Source of the DNA: Monocercomonoides exilis PA203
Taxonomy: Eukaryota > Protista > Preaxostyla
Assembly: GCA_001643675.2 (NCBI GenBank)
Contig: LSRY02000005.1
Location: 1,488,001 to 1,552,000, forward strand
Reading direction: 5' to 3'
DNA length: 64,000 nt
This document shows positions 34,836 to 45,667 of this stretch, in pieces (position 1 is the first letter of the stretch; every line of letters begins with the position of its first letter). The notes beneath the pieces were generated by a model, which saw nothing but the letters and a program-made list of their open reading frames with translations, ran no database searches and was not told where the DNA came from. The position numbers were made by a program, and so were the translations under genes.

Positions 34836-36379
34836 ACAAATGCGGATGGAGAGACTCAAAGCGGCTGTGTGCGTAAGAGAGAAACATATTTGGAGGAATA
34901 TGACGAGAAAATGTGCGAGATAGCAGAGAAAAGAGGAAAAGAGAAACCGCCTAGAAAGATTTTGAGCACATAAAACCTGTATTGAGGAACAGTTAATAAA
35001 AAAAAAGTTTTAAGCATGATCCCACTCCCAAACAAGATTAATGTTGTTTTCACAGAGAAGAATTTAATTTAAAATATGCAGTGTGTGATAATTAAGGTTG
35101 CTCCGCTGATGCAGAAGAGGAACGGTAGGCAGGGCACATCACATGCAGTTTTCTTTTCCACACCTCTCGAAAGCGAGAGTGGTTTTTCTTTCTGATCCAT
35201 TTTGAGCTTTCGCCTCACCGGATCCCTGCACAGTCTGCAGGAGACAGCTCCGAGGGGTAATGTCCCCTGCCCTCTGGTCTTCGTGTCCATGGGAGAAGGC
35301 GAAGTTTGTGGTGAAGTGAAGTGGACAATGCATTATTTTATTATTCAATTTTTATTGTTATTGTTTTGCATTTTATCTCACACTTTTTTCCTAATCATAT
35401 TTGGCAGGGAGTGGCATTCACTCAAACCACTCATAAATCGTGACTTAGCCTCATTATCTGGGAGCAAACCTGAATTCTGCTTTCCTTCAAGATATGATAT
35501 CATGAAATATAAATCATAAATAGTGCAATAAATTATGCTTCAAGCATTTTCATTGAAAAATTATTAACTTTTCATTGACTCTAAAAGATCAAAGAACACA
35601 ATTATAATGAATCCATTTTTTGACATTCGTGAAATATTGGGAAACTTCATGTTTTGATTTCAATCATTCCTGTAACACCAAAAATTATTCAACATCGAAA
35701 AACTTTAATTCAAAATCGAAAATGTTTGAATAATTTAATAATTCAACAATTGATGAAGTTTATTTTAAGTTTGAAAGTGAAAATATATTGAAGAAAGAAA
35801 AATTGAATTGCAAATTGATAAAAATTGGTTGATTTATTATAACAATATTGAATGATAAAAAATAACTGCAAAAATAATATTATTCAAATCAACAACCTCA
35901 TTGGTTCACGTTCCAAATTTTTATGTTCTGTGATAATATTAATTTGGTCGTTAAATGAAAGACAATAACTTTTAAATATTTTTTAGGAAAAAAAATTAAC
36001 AGAAAGAACTTGATATTGATATGGAATTGATGAACTGAATTTGGTTTTAAAAAAGTGATATTATTAAATGAAAAAGGTTTTTTTGATGACTTTTGGTTTT
36101 ACATAATAATTAACATATTTTTTTTTTCTCCTTCTTAAAAAAAGAACAAATATCTTTTAATCAGAAAAACGTGATATCAAATATACTTTTATTTGTGCAG
36201 TCATCCTTTTCAACAACTGCTAATTATCTCAATCAGATAAGGTATTCAAATGTTTATGCAAATTTTTTATTATTCAAATTTCAATTTTTTGTAATGGATA
36301 ATAAAAAATGAATAGATCATTCAAAAAATATCATTTATTGAACTCGACATAAAGGCAATATTATCAAAAACAGAACGAG

Positions 36380-37830
36380 AAAATGCAGAAAGGTGAGATC
36401 ATCATTGAAGATGAAAATCACGATTTCATCAATTACTTTTTCAATTCAATGGAGAAAGTTATATAATCAGCAAACAATTGCATCTGCTGTGTTCCTGCAA
36501 GTCTTGTTATCATCAACAGCTCGTTGTGTGTGAATCATCTCAACATCATCCCTCTCAGTGGCTGTCCACTCCTCACTGCCCAACACCACTCAACTGCCTC
36601 CATCTGCTCCTCCACTTGCACCGTCCACCCACATTCACTCAACAACCACCACCACCACCACTGCCCCCTCTTCCTCTCTGCCCGTGCCTCCCTCGCCCTC
36701 ACAAACTTCTCCCTCACCACCCACCAACCTGCCATCCTCTCCTTCCCCCTCTTCTCCACCCCAAACAATCTCCTCCCGCATGCCCACTTCCCAATCCCTG
36801 CCTCCTTCTCCATCTCTCACTCCTCTTTCTCCTCCTTCATCTCCCTCATTCAGCCTTTCCTTTTTTCTCCTTCTTCCCTCTCTTCCCCTTCCCCTTCTCC
36901 ATCTCCTTCCCTTTCCCCTTCTCCTTCATCTTCCTCATCCTCATCCACATCGTCTTCTTTTTCTTCCCTTTCCCCTTCCCCTTCCCCTTCGATTTCCTCT
37001 TCCCCTTCCCCTCTCCATAACCATTACCAATCCCATCCCCACCTCCAAATCCATCTCAATCTCCATCTCTCAAACACCCTCTTCTCCAACATCTCATCTC
37101 CCCAATCCCCTCTATCTCTTCAATCCCTTCCCTCCCACTTACTCAATTCATTCACCTAAACCACTTCTTCCTCTTCTTCCACTTCTACTTCCGCAAACAC
37201 CAACTTCAATTTAATCCCCTCCTTCTCCCTTCACTCATCCCTCTCCATCCACTCAACCATTTTCTTCCACGCCCACAACCCCATCGATGGTGCTATTCTC
37301 CCCAACCTCAACAGCCCATCCACTTCCATCTCTGCCTTCAATGCATCTTTTCTTCACCAAACACGCTCTTCTCCTAATGATGCTGTTGTATATGAAGGAA
37401 ATGAAACAAATAGAAAGAAACTTGGAAGGTTGACTTCGTTTGATGAGAACAGCCATCGATTCGAGTGATGCGAATAAAATGATTCAATTGGTTGATTAAG
37501 TGATGGAGGCGTTCTTTGCGTTTCTTGCATTAATGCAAATCTCGAAATCACTTATTGTTCATTCAACAGTTGTTCTTGCACAGGAGGAAATATAGGTGGA
37601 GCGTTATTCTGTCAAAATTTGTTGAAAATTGATATTTCAAAATCCAATTTCACAAGTTGTCAAACGAAGCATGGAGGAGAAGTGTTTGTTTCCAATCCAC
37701 AATCAAATTCTGTTTATTCATTCTTAGATTACAGGGTGGAAAGCAGTAATATAACAGGTTGACATGGATCTTGTTGGTATCTTTGCCCCTTAAACTCTCA
37801 TTCGTATATTCAATTACTATTTTCTGGATA
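36380..37830 (+). pseudogene. 5'-only decayed paralog of the beta-helix/pseudokinase receptor family
   Basis: Colinear with ~18570-19870 (PLSGC, QPAILSFPLFS, IFFHAHNPIDGAILPNLNSPS, HRFE*CE); stops at 37157, 37467 and later; truncated. Confidence 0.88.
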
Positions 37831-38711
37831 CAAATAAAAAAGAATTAATATGTTTTCTTTGAATACACTTTGTAATCAATTTATTTATTCGCTTTCTTTT
37901 TTTAAGGCAGATTTTTTTTCAATTAGAAGGAGGGAAAGTTTTGCAAGGTTTGATAAAAATCCAGAATTTTGAAGAAAATAACAAAATAATAAAATTTTAA
38001 AAAATTCGAATCGAAATGAATGCCAAACGAGACGTTGAAATACCTGAAAAAAGAGGTTTGAAATCTTAAATATTTTATTTTGTTTTATTTTGAAATTATT
38101 GTTGATCAAGTTTTTCTTTTTGCCAAAAGCTAAAATTTTGGCATAAAAAATGAAACGATTATATTAATACAATTATAAATAAAAAGATATTTAATATTGG
38201 GTGATTGTTTTTGAAATCATATAATTTCATTCAAAAATTTCGGTGTTAAAATATTTCTTGAATATCAATAAACAAAAATTGAAAAGTGAAAAAACTTATT
38301 GACTTCATTAAAATGTTTGATTCAAAAAAACCATTTGTTTTGAAAAATAATTATCATGCTTTTTTTTTTTTTGAATTAAATTTTTCTTTCAAAACAAATA
38401 ATCTTTGAAAAATCAACACACCGATAAAAGAGATGATTTCAAAAATAATCACACATATTTGTATATTTTGATTTCTGTTAATAAATAAGAATTCCCACAA
38501 TTTAAACTCAAAAGAGTTTTTTTTGTATATTAGTCTTTATTGATCTATTTGTCTGTTGTATTTTAATATGAAACCTGTTTCTTATGGGGGGGAGGGGGGG
38601 GGGGGGGAAATTGGGGGTTTCTCCTCCATTTAACTCTCATAAGAAACTGGTGGGTAACATGGGGAGTAAATCCCACAAAATCATATTAAATTTTTTAGAA
38701 ATATAAAAAAA

Positions 38712-40193
38712 ATGGGAAAAACATTAAGAATCAATGAATTCAGAATTTTCAAAAAGGAAGAAAAGCCTTCAAGAATTGCAAGAAATGGTTGAAGAATCTT
38801 CTTTACATCATTCGTCCGACAAGATAAATTCAAAATTGAAAAGAGCATCTGAAGAATTGAACGAAATTATCGAAGAAAAATCGAAGGAAATTCCTCCTGC
38901 TGACGAACATATTCCTGAGACCGAACAAGCTGAACAGTTACCGTTGCTGCAATGCGAGACAAACATTGTAAAAAAGGAAAAGAGGACAACCTAAAAAGAC
39001 CGTTGAAATAAAGGAAGAAAAGAAAAAAAGGAAACAATATGTTCAACAATACGATAACGTTCGAGAACTGTTAAAAAAGGATTACTGAGATGGAAAAACT
39101 ATGGAAGATCTATCAAGGAAATATAATATTAGCATATCCACAGCTTCAGTTATCGCACGAGAAGAAAAGCCGCCAAAGCCACGAGGAGGAAAGGTTTACG
39201 AAAAAATTACAAAAGAGTAATCAAATAAAATGGCTGAAACAATCCTGAGAAATCCAACTGTGACTTCCAAAGAACTTGCAGATTCAGTTGGTGGCTTATG
39301 TAAATCAAAACCTTCTGTGTCAACAATTGGTCGCCATTTGAAATAGGATAAAATGATTGATCATGGATGCCCTGTTTTCTTTGTGAAAAGATTGCGAAAA
39401 TACGAAAATGCAAGAGTAGATGAGAAAACATTAAATCAAAGAAAAGAATATGTCAGAAAATACATGCATCATCAAATGGAAGGAAGAACGTTCGTTTTCA
39501 TTGATGAGAATGGATTCAATACTTTTGTACTGAGAACAGAAGGTCACTCTCCTGTTTGAAAACGATGAATTCAAAACAAAGAAAAAGCTAAAATTGAATC
39601 AGTCACCACAATTTCAGCTATCAGTGAGCTATCTGGAATTGAGCATGTCACTTTTGTGGAAGGAAGTGCAAATGACCAAAGTTTTAGAGTGTTCCTATTA
39701 TCTTAAATGGAGAAACTGCAATGTCTTGGAAAAGAATCATTCTTATTTGTGATGGATAATGTGTGGATGCACAAAACAGAGGCAGTGATTAATCTGATCA
39801 CTTCAAAGAACTTCGGCATCTTATACACTGCACCAAATAGTTGCGAATTAATACCTGCCAAATAAGTGTTAGGTATGTGGAAAGCTCGACTGAAGATCTC
39901 TTCTTTGAAAAAAAAATAACAAGAAGTTAATTGAGCATCTTTATCAGTGGTTGGATGATATTACTCGAATGGACGTATTAAAATGCATTAACATGGTTCA
40001 ATTCAATTTTCTTCCTTTGACACATCAAAAAATAAACCTCAGTGATTTTAACAAAAGTTCTCCAGCGAAGTGTTTAAAATTGTACATTGAAGAAATTGTG
40101 CTTGAAAGCGACGATGTTCAAATTGTGCCATGTTCTTCTGCTTCAGCTTCAGCTTCAGCTTCTTCTTCATCTATTGTTTCTTCGAGATTTTGA
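38712..40193 (+). pseudogene. Decayed Tc1/IS630-like (DDE_3) transposase
   Basis: FVFIDENGFN, TTISAIS, FLFVMDNVWMHK, ILYTAPNSCELIPAK*VLGMWK; many stops. Confidence 0.85.
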
Positions 40194-40361
40194 CAACAAT
40201 TACATCAAAAAAATTTTCTATGTTCATTGCTTGAAGAAGAAACATCTTCTCCGTTGATTGATGTTCCTAAATCAAACTCTTTTCATCAATTATCACAAGA
40301 TCTTCAAAATGAATTAAATTTTGATGTTGATTAATCATTAAAAAAATTTCTTTATATTTTT

Positions 40362-40448
40362 CTTTTTCTTTTCTTTTCTTTTCTTTTCTTTTCTTTTCTT
40401 TTCTTTTCTTTTCTTTTCTTTTCTTTTCTTTTCTTTTCTTTTCTTTTC

Positions 40449-40479
<31 letters not shown>

Positions 40480-40579
40480 CTTTTTCTTTTCTTTTCTTTT
40501 CTTTTCTTTTCTTTTCTTTTCTTTTCTTTTCTTTTCTTTTCTTTTCTTTTTCTTTTTTTTTTTTTTTTTTTTTTTTTTT
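40362..40579 (+). repeat. (TTTTC)n microsatellite followed by poly(T)
   Basis: Direct reading of the sequence. Confidence 0.95.
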
Positions 40580-41007
40580 GTTTTCTTTTCTTCGCTTTGA
40601 TTTTTATTTTGAAGACAATAATTTTCAAACATTTCAATAAGATAATAAAAATAAGTGATAAAGAAAATATTAAATTCCACATTTTCAGAAATATAATTAA
40701 CTCAATGAATAAAGAAAAAATATTTTCGATTTTGAATTAAAGTTTTTCGATGTTGAATAATTTTTGGTGTAACAGATATGAAAACTAAGTTTATTTTGAA
40801 ATTTGAGAAATCAAAATAAAGTTAAGAGCAGAGTCATTTTTCAATGCCTTGCACAAAAAAAGCTTGAAAGTGCGTATTTTCCCACATATTCATATCATTT
40901 TTTTGTTCATTACAATAAAGCTAATGATTCCTTTAATCAGAAAAAAATTTTTTTTATAAATAAAAAAAAAGAGCATATATTTTTAATAAAAAAAAAAAAA
41001 CATAACT

Positions 41008-41194
41008 TTTTTCGGAGTGCTGTTTTTTCGAAAGTTGTTTGTTGACGGGAAGAGTTTGTGAAACCAAATGCAAAAATAACCACAACTGTTTCAATAACAA
41101 ATATTTTAGCATAAATAAAGATGAAGATATCTTTGATAATCTTTTTCCTTTTCGAGAGAAAATATGTTAATAGTGTCAGTTATTTATCGGTACC
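41008..41194 (-). repeat. Dispersed ~186-bp repeat, copy B
   Basis: Reverse complement of 6475-6661. Confidence 0.93.
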
Positions 41195-41329
41195 CTTTTT
41201 TTTTCTTTTTTCTTTTCTATTTTATTTTTTATTTTTTGAATTGAAGTTAATCAAAATTAAAAAATCACAAATGACAAATCCAATTTACGTTCAACTTTTC
41301 TTTTTCCTTTTTTTCTTTCAATTTCATTG

Positions 41330-42895
41330 ATTTCTTCCTCTTCATTTTCGTGATCATCTTCTTTCACTTCATATTTTTTCTTTATTTTTTCATTTCAACC
41401 AAAGACTCTAACTCATTATCGTCTTTTTGCTCTTCTTTTTTCATTTCTTCAGAAGAATTCTATTCATCATCAACTTTTTCTTCTTTTTCAACTTTTTCTT
41501 TTTCTTTAATTCCTTAATGTTCACTCCAATCACTCAGAAGCTTCTCATCAGTAAATAACTTGCCGTTGAAGTCGAATCTGTTAGAATGTGATGAAGGTTG
41601 ATATTCCTATGTTTCTGAAGGCTTCATGGGAATTGGTCCAGATTCGGTATGAAGTACTCCACTCGTTGCGAAGGCTTTTTTTATGACAGCAGGTGAGAGG
41701 GCGGAATGAATTGCTTGAGGGAGAACATCCACAAGAGCTGTTCTTTTTGATGAAGATGTTGACGAAGACGGAGGGTCATATTTTGTTTGCAGTTCTGTTT
41801 TAAAGAACAGCGAAGACTCCTCTGTCAAGAGGCTGGGCAATATATGTGCTGTGAGGAATGAAGGTGAAAACTTCGGAATTTTCTTTTTGAAATTTTCACC
41901 AGATTGTTGGATCTGCTCGAGAAATGTGTGAGTCGATGAGAAGCAAGCAGCGAGAGTTTTCCAGTAACATGTGCTTTCTGCGTTTGATAATTCCTAGAAG
42001 GAGTGTTGAATGCGAATTCTTTTTGAATTGATTGCAGCCCATCCTACCACTTCTGTTTGGCCAGATATCCAGAATTTGTGATGGCAGCGGCTTCATTTCA
42101 TCAGGAAGACTCTTGCTTGGCCATAGAATCACAGAAGGAAGTGCAAATCCATCTGCAGCCACAACAGCAACCAGAGGAGAATTAGTGATTTTTGGTTGAT
42201 CTTTGCGAAATCCTGGATTTTCATTTTCAGGATGAACCACGCTCAGCTTAGAATTAGAAGGAACTCTCAGTGAAGACTCATCCATATTAAATATCAGTTC
42301 TTTGCAGTATTCATTTTTTTCATGTTAGCCGTCCAGTAATGAATACCAGGGCTATTAAACACTTTTGCACGACAACGCAAGGTGATCAGCGTCAACATTT
42401 TTCGGTGAACTTCTCTTCAGCTCGGGATGGCGCTTCACAAATTGGAAAGCCGTAGCCATTGAAACGTTAACGTATGGTGCGTCTTCGTCGTCTGTATCAT
42501 TAATCACATTTTCCTTCAATTATATTTATTATATTTATTAATTATTTAAGAACAACAAACCATTTCGCGAACTTTCCGAATTTTCAAACAGCTTCCAGAT
42601 CTTGATTCAATGATTATTTTTTCTAGCAAAATTTGTTCTTTGTCTCCTATCACATGATGCGGTCTTCCAACTTTTGAAACAAGCTTTTTGCTTCTCAGCG
42701 CCTAAACAGCATTTTTGATTTTTTGCGTGAGGATTCCATGGAGTTTATTGCGTCTGTGATCCTTACAACTCCATCAACCACAATGCGCTCCATCCGTTCC
42801 AGCCGATTGTCAATCCTTCTGTAATCGAAAGATTTCGTTGCAGCACGTAATTTCCTTTATCCAGAAATTCTCTTTTGTTCCACTGCAATTTTCAT
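41330..42895 (-). pseudogene. Decayed pogo/Tigger-like (HTH plus DDE_1) transposase
   Basis: KVGRP, FQFVKRHPEL, LIFNMDESSL, VAADGFALPSVILW, LLLIDSHISR, IPHSTYIAQPLDRG; stops and frameshifts. Confidence 0.87.
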
Positions 42896-44869
42896 TTTTT
42901 TATTATGGTAATGATCTTCAATCCAATTTGAAATTATTTTTAATTTTTAATTTTCAATTTTCATTGAAATTATATTTTTATTTACACTTGATACAGATTT
43001 AAATGGTTTTACACCACTTGTTGCCCACTTATTTATTTATTTTTTTTGATGGAAGGGATTAACACCCCCATCTCCCCATCATTGGAAATAGGCTTCGTAT
43101 TCAAATGTTATTATCCTTATTTTCAGGGTTTGCTTACATTCTGATAATGTTTGCAATTATATTAAAATTGGGAATTTCAAATTTCTATTCGAATATTCAT
43201 GCACAGTTAAAAAAAATAAAAAAAAATTCGCAATAAATAAAGAACAGTATTCACTTGAAATTATCTGTTCAAAAATTTCATATAAAACAACTTGATTTCA
43301 AATAAATTCACTCATCTATTAAAAGAATTCCAATAAATCTAAGGAAATCATAAATTAAAAAAAATCAAAAGATTATTAGAAAAAAGTGAGTCAAATAATA
43401 CTTAGAAACAACTCACCTAAATATACACTCTTATATTCACTTCATCACATTGATTTCAATTATTCCATTTCAACAAATTAAAAAAACACCAAAATTATGA
43501 AAATTATAAATTAACCAAATCCATTTTATTTGACCCATATTTAAACAAAGAATTTCATTCCGTTTCTATATTTTCACTTAATTGAAAAATTTAATATTTG
43601 CATTTTAATGGAAATAGTTATAAATGCATATTTGCATAAATAAACAACATAAAAAAACAAAGCAACTTTATTAAACAACTTGTTGATTAGAAAAACTTTG
43701 TTATAAAATCTAGATATACTAAATTTATCGTTCTCAAATATTGAGAATATTATTTATTTGCAGAAACATTTGAACTTTTAAAGCAAATCTTAATAAGTCA
43801 ATTATTTTTTATTTGAACAAATTATTGTAACTTATAATTTTTAAATGATTTTTTTATTTTATAGAAATATTTCCTTTGCAAATTAGAACTTTATTAACAA
43901 AAAATGGATAAATTCTTGATAATTAGTATTTTTTAAAGAAAATCTGAAACTTTGAAGTTTAATTAATGAAACAAAAAATTTTCATTATATTTTTTTTTAA
44001 TAGTAATTAATGAAACAGAATGAACTTATCGATAAATAAACATTGAAATTGAAAAGGGTTTTGAAAACTTTTCTATCACAATTGGAAAAAAATCCCCTTG
44101 CTTATAATGCATACTTGAATGAATAATACTTGAAACAGATTCATTAACAACAACATCATCAACAAAACAAGTAGAAAATTATGAATATTCAGAGGAAACA
44201 TTTTGATCGAATATTCTTAAATCCTCAGGCCCTAACCCTGAATCAACAAAATGAATAGAAAGAGGAGAAACAATTTCGGTTTAAAAATCAGCAACATCGA
44301 ACAAAATACTTAACACTTTTTGAAAATTCAAAAAACGAAAATACAGAAATTGCATTGAAAGAGATATGGTGTATCAGCGATAGATCCATCTCAATTAAGA
44401 TCAATCAAATATATCGATTTATGTGAATCAGGTGGTTGTTATCATCTTGAATAAAAAGTTGGAATAGATAATGATAATGAGATAGAGATCATAAAGAGAT
44501 TGCTGATACTTTTTGGGGTTTCTCATGATTAGATATTCAGTAATGTTCTATAAAGATGGAGTCATTGATAGATGTAATTGATATGAATCCATATCGGGTA
44601 TACCATATCACCTAGGAGGAGAATTGGCTAAAACATTAACTGAAAGATTAACTGGAGTTGAGTTCGCAACGAAGTTGCTCAGGAGACTTTGTCTCCGTGT
44701 TCAAGTTGGTAAATTAATGGTGAAATTGTGTGAAAATTGGTGTTATCGTTGGTGAAAAACATGAACTGTTTGTTGAACGTGTTTGTTGATCGTTGATGTT
44801 ATCGTTGATGAAATCGTTGGTGAAAATCGCAAATAAAAATAATTGATTTTGTTTTTTGTTTTATAGTGA

Positions 44870-45052
44870 ATGGGTCGGAAGAAGATATACGCAACTGTGG
44901 AAGAAGCGAAAGCGGCTCAATAGAAACAAATTAAACAGTTTCAGGAAAAACGTAAGTTAGAAACTAAGTATTACAACGAACATGTATCTGAAAAACAGAA
45001 GAAGTTGATTAAGATATTGAGGAGAAAGCTTATCGAAAATAATGAGCTGTGA
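44870..45052 (+). pseudogene. Small basic protein relic (MGRKKIYATVEEAKAAQ*KQ...)
   Basis: 61 codons from ATG to TGA with one internal TAG; not in the ORF track; convergent with the helicase. Confidence 0.45.
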
Positions 45053-45225
45053 GTTGAGTTGATGTAATAGGTTAATGATTATTTGCCTGCACAGGGTGGA
45101 AAGGTTAAGCTGGACAGGAAATGTGAGTGATGATGTGGCTGGGAAATATTGGGTTAAATTGAAGTGCTGGAAGCGTGGTCCGGTAGTCTTGTAGTCCAGA
45201 TCTCTTTATTTCATTTGAAAAGAGC

Positions 45226-45560
45226 TGCCAACATGCCATTTCTGCAAACATGGGCATTTTTCCTTTAATTAGGAATGATTTTGAGGGTTATCATTTTATT
45301 TCGACTGTATAATCATTTTGCCACATTGCCACATGGTATCGTTGATAGCACACGTTCTATGTCATCATTTCAAGAAGAGATTTTTAACTTTTGATGGAAC
45401 AAGTGACTTGTTCTAACTTGTTCCGATATGATTTTCAGGGAAATATTATTAAATTTTCATGAAAATCGATGAAAAAGAAGTGAAAAATGGGTGAAAAACA
45501 GGTAAAAACAATTAATTGTCGGAACACGTGGAACGGAACAAGTGACCGTTGGGGTCACCG
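45226..45560. promoter_or_regulatory. Putative replication origin: GGAACAAGT iterons in both orientations around an AT-rich spacer, plus TGCCA(CAT) repeats
   Basis: GGAACAAGT-G-ACTTGTTC-TA-ACTTGTTCC at 45396-45424; GGAACACGT-GGAAC-GGAACAAGTGAC at 45521-45546. The function is inferred. Confidence 0.45.
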
Positions 45561-45667
45561 TTACACAAACCGACTTTTGTTCTGCCTGTTTTTTGTTTGT
45601 AATGAAAAATATATTTGTTTCAATTGTTTATTTTCGTTTTTGTTTGATTCAATGAAATTGTCAATGT

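Larger units (their letters stand above)
29507..35491 (+). mobile_element. DIRS-type tyrosine-recombinase retrotransposon, full length but decayed
   Basis: Order gag-like, RT, RNase H, methyltransferase-like, YR. Both termini are complementary to halves of an internal region at 34742-34835. Confidence 0.9.
38569..43097. mobile_element. 4.5-kb unit bounded by diverged ~100-bp inverted ends and TA flanks, containing two convergent transposase relics
   Basis: TA|TGAAACCTGTTTC...GTGGGTAACATGGGGAGTAAATCC versus reverse complement TA|CGAAGCCTATTTC...GTGGGCAACAAGTGGTGTAAAACC. Confidence 0.55.

Noticed and set aside
35091-35430. SRP, RNase P/MRP or snRNA gene
   Set aside because: Diagnostic motifs (SRP helix 8, paired CR-I/CR-V, Sm site) were not found, and the region lies inside the DIRS termini.
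38585-38616. G-quadruplex or telomere-like G-run
   Set aside because: Appears to be a homopolymer expansion within the inverted end; no telomeric periodicity.
40267-40682. Lys-rich ORFs
   Set aside because: Translation of the (TTTTC)n and poly(T) tracts.
6475-41194. A single 34.7-kb giant transposon or Polinton bounded by the 186-bp inverted repeats
   Set aside because: No TSD, no polB, capsid or integrase inside, and copy B lies within another TIR-bounded unit.
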